A DNA stretch of 28,048 nt from Planctomycetota bacterium. Its GTDB lineage: Bacteria; Planctomycetota; GCA-002687715; DRQF01. The position numbers and the translations under genes are program-made. Position 1 is the first letter of the stretch. The number at the start of each line of letters is the position of its first letter. Under the pieces are notes generated by a model. The model searched no databases, was not told the DNA's origin, and was given only the letters and a program-made list of their open reading frames with translations. The stretch spans positions 1 to 28,048 of the forward strand of contig JALTLO010000149.1 of the NCBI GenBank assembly GCA_027001995.1, in the 5' to 3' direction. Below are positions 26,501 to 28,048 of this stretch, one piece after another.

Positions 26501-28048
26501 TTAAAAAGGAACCCTCACGACTACGCTCACCTTCCCCTTTTGCCTACAGAGATCTCGACAGCGCTGGCCGACCAAGACGATCTCGTTGTATGTCTTCAGA
26601 GGCTTGGACTTCCAGTGCACGACGGCGAATCGTTCCCGACTGGATCGAGGTTGCTGGATGATCTGGCGATTGCACAGGAAGATCCGAAAGTTGACATCGC
26701 GAATCGGGATGTGTTCCTTGGACAGGTTCGAACCGGCTGGCGCCTTTTTCGTCGTGAGGGCACCGCAAGATTCCCAAAGAAACTAATTATCCGTGAGGGA
26801 AGCCGGGATCTGTCGGTTTGCTGTCCGAACGAGGATTACCCGGTTTATCTACCGGATGCGCCGTCCGCGGTAATCAAGGGCTTGGAGATCCAAGGAAAGC
26901 CGGTTATCGAGATCGCATTTCAAGATGCGAGGCGACTGGCTGACGGATTCGTGAGCGCATTCGGCGATGGGGTTCTGAGGGCCTCGGAGCTTGAAAGCAA
27001 GCCGATCGTGGAGGGGATTGAGTGGTCTTTTGCAGGAGGGCATCCGCTCCGAGACCTTGATCTCGACTGGTTGGGGCCAGTTATCCTCACGACTTTTGCC
27101 TACGGAGGCGCGCAGGTACAGGGGACCACAACACAGACTTTTGCAAGAGCGATGGAGTCACTAAAAGAGCTCAAGATCGCGTGGGTCAATGATCTCGAAG
27201 TTGGGTTGTGGCGCGGCGACCAGCGCATCGCCTCGACAAAAGTCCCTGCACTTCTGGTCGAGCGCTCATCGATCGTTGCGCATCGCGCCAACCAAGATAA
27301 GTACAGCGAGCTTGCGGACGTCCTTAGTGCTTTGGTCGACCGCGCTGACTTGCAAGTTCCCCTGAGACTCGTATTGCGGGATTTTGATGGCAAAGCGAAT
27401 CCTACATCTGCCAATATTGAGGCGGCGCTTGGCGAACTGAAAATCTCGGCGGACCGCGTAAGAGAGGTCCATCACAAGTGGATCGGCGACCTTTCCTGGG
27501 CGATCAAGATGTTACGCCCTTTGGTTACCGCTATGGACTCGGCCTCATATGCAGAGCGTCTCTCAGAGTGTGCGTCTGCGGAAGAAGTTCATCGCGTCCT
27601 CGACGAAGCAGATCTCCGGCCATTGTCCGCTGAAGATGCGTTTGCGCGCGCTCAGTCAGCACCTGGATTCAATGTGCTGGGGCGAGACCTGTTCGAGCTG
27701 GTTGGGATGCGAGCGTCAATGGAAGCTTGGAACACGGCGCTTCGCAGTTTGGGAGAAAAACCCGTTGAGAACGTCGGATTCCGCGACCAGTTTCAAGATC
27801 ACCTCGATGCCGCGCGTCCTTGGTTCCGCGTCGTCATACGCTCGGTTATTGAGACTGACGGCGTGGAGATGGACTTCCACGATCTTGATGAGCGCATCGT
27901 ATCCGTACCATGCCCTGATGATTTTTTGATCACGAAGTGGGAGGTGACTTTTGGCGAGGTCATGCGAACCGTGGTGACGATGCTCTCTGATGTCCCAATT
28001 CCTGTAGAGATCATCAATGGCATTCTTGCTTCAGTATCCTCTCAGGAT
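23591..28048 (+). CDS. Large sacsin-like (GHKL/HATPase N-terminal) protein, >=1486 aa, truncated by window edge
   Basis: Absent from the ORF track, consistent with no stop in the window. GTG overlaps the upstream stop (GTGA). Manual translation gives YHGRFLLELIQNAHDA...LYVANDGSPF...LGQSDK...SIGNKGIGFRSV. The frame is still open where checked near the end. Confidence 0.88.
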   Translation, partial: MSPQDKKSLPMWSPESLSPRRQILQKTHGEIRSFLDEVANGTSRYRSLHNLTEQVEHQYHGRFLLELIQNAHDALPSNPQKGRKARIEIVLVPDEGIFGTLYVANDGSPFSRSNFVALSNLGQSDKDPEKSIGNKGIGFRSVLEIARSPEVYSRVSSDSLTFDGFCFSFRSDVASRFDDPIRLLASGDGGALSPIEREVALVDWSDDRLREFSRQCGQHGDHWISRQLEYLSPYALPLLMGREDLSPCIRRFQDSGAASVIRLPIESKSALASVLAAVEQLGDETILFLDRVTSLRIETPDRVVTFRRSTAQLPLDVQGGAEVKITKDSGSEELNSSTRYWMWLRSVGGADDSDGEEEIRETVTALPGKWPSVKTATVSVAVPIETRPTSGSLSIFLPTKVPSGFSAHLNASFFGDMSRTDVSFDHPYNLLLLRVAARLVVTIVVEFLAKKGEVEARAIVDLIAPRDGVAGERWWREICFEFDTRGVKLASEEILLHQTGWGALESVSRLPNVPEPRSCTPEIIRDYASFSVLAEGLDSRADLVQEIFRSAGIKCDPLPERIAETIERIASAILNGEINVEWNDFWYDARRLLPGNPGELRERLVFLGTDGYLHSADNESFVFFRPQRLGPDDEVDELASVEVIPSSLQGLVAFLHEDIRTHTRNERNRLEPNALHRWLSQGLVTSFGVESILRNVLIPAVAELGPSAEGQTEERLADVLHWGIALVRKLLARDKGQTALPLLGRLRAPCVGGWYRIAECSFGRGWEGTKGADVEDYLLEAATTESREAANRLLLSPSDSRWGTLGSSAQDLLSSAGVIDGIRPIDIESREWKATCTSSQVDGVQLPHTPPPCFPPEYWESYREYVHKSVKPQYTGRFEYKIRSFYSVPGLDAISRFDPSMLRSLSKSILASMRHWKGGWTSVGLMKTTGEPHILRAKSPLAFALQHSRWLTDGIVEPFPPTDRWFLAPSLKRNPHDYAHLPLLPTEISTALADQDDLVVCLQRLGLPVHDGESFPTGSRLLDDLAIAQEDPKVDIANRDVFLGQVRTGWRLFRREGTARFPKKLIIREGSRDLSVCCPNEDYPVYLPDAPSAVIKGLEIQGKPVIEIAFQDARRLADGFVSAFGDGVLRASELESKPIVEGIEWSFAGGHPLRDLDLDWLGPVILTTFAYGGAQVQGTTTQTFARAMESLKELKIAWVNDLEVGLWRGDQRIASTKVPALLVERSSIVAHRANQDKYSELADVLSALVDRADLQVPLRLVLRDFDGKANPTSANIEAALGELKISADRVREVHHKWIGDLSWAIKMLRPLVTAMDSASYAERLSECASAEEVHRVLDEADLRPLSAEDAFARAQSAPGFNVLGRDLFELVGMRASMEAWNTALRSLGEKPVENVGFRDQFQDHLDAARPWFRVVIRSVIETDGVEMDFHDLDERIVSVPCPDDFLITKWEVTFGEVMRTVVTMLSDVPIPVEIINGILASVSSQD

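Noticed and set aside
23679..28023. Many short ORFs on both strands in the track
   Set aside because: They are shadows of the single long sacsin-like frame starting at 23591.
1..28048. CRISPR array, tRNA/rRNA, IS elements, att direct repeats
   Set aside because: No repeat-spacer periodicity, RNA gene signature, transposase or long direct repeat was seen by eye. The element ends probably lie outside the window.

Overview
This window has two oppositely oriented halves. Left (1-~11.2 kb, almost all minus strand) is a phage-satellite-like integrative element. In transcription order it carries: a hypothetical, a ParB-fused DNA methyltransferase, a small MazG-like protein, putative TerS, TerL, a XerC-like tyrosine recombinase frameshifted just before its catalytic Tyr, an inverted 3x9-bp iteron-like array, a hypothetical, a small HTH/excisionase-like protein, a Zn-finger/TOPRIM primase-helicase, a SpoVG-like protein, a small ORF, DUF2924, another small ORF and a serine recombinase that runs off the left edge. 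One plus-strand GIY-YIG-like nuclease interrupts this run. No portal, capsid or tail genes are visible. Right (~11.8-28 kb, plus strand) is a defence island: a two-gene CBASS-like system (SMODS/CD-NTase with AGS-C domain plus a SLATT 2TM effector), a complete type I RM system, a membrane protein, a HEPN-like protein, an HTH protein and a >1480-aa sacsin-like GHKL ATPase that runs off the right edge. The most notable observations are the capsid-less terminase cassette, the frameshifted recombinase next to an ori/res-like repeat structure, an ACTT-N23-TCAT motif upstream of three element genes, and the uncharacterised four-gene cluster at the right. All family calls come from motif recognition by eye; no database searches were run.
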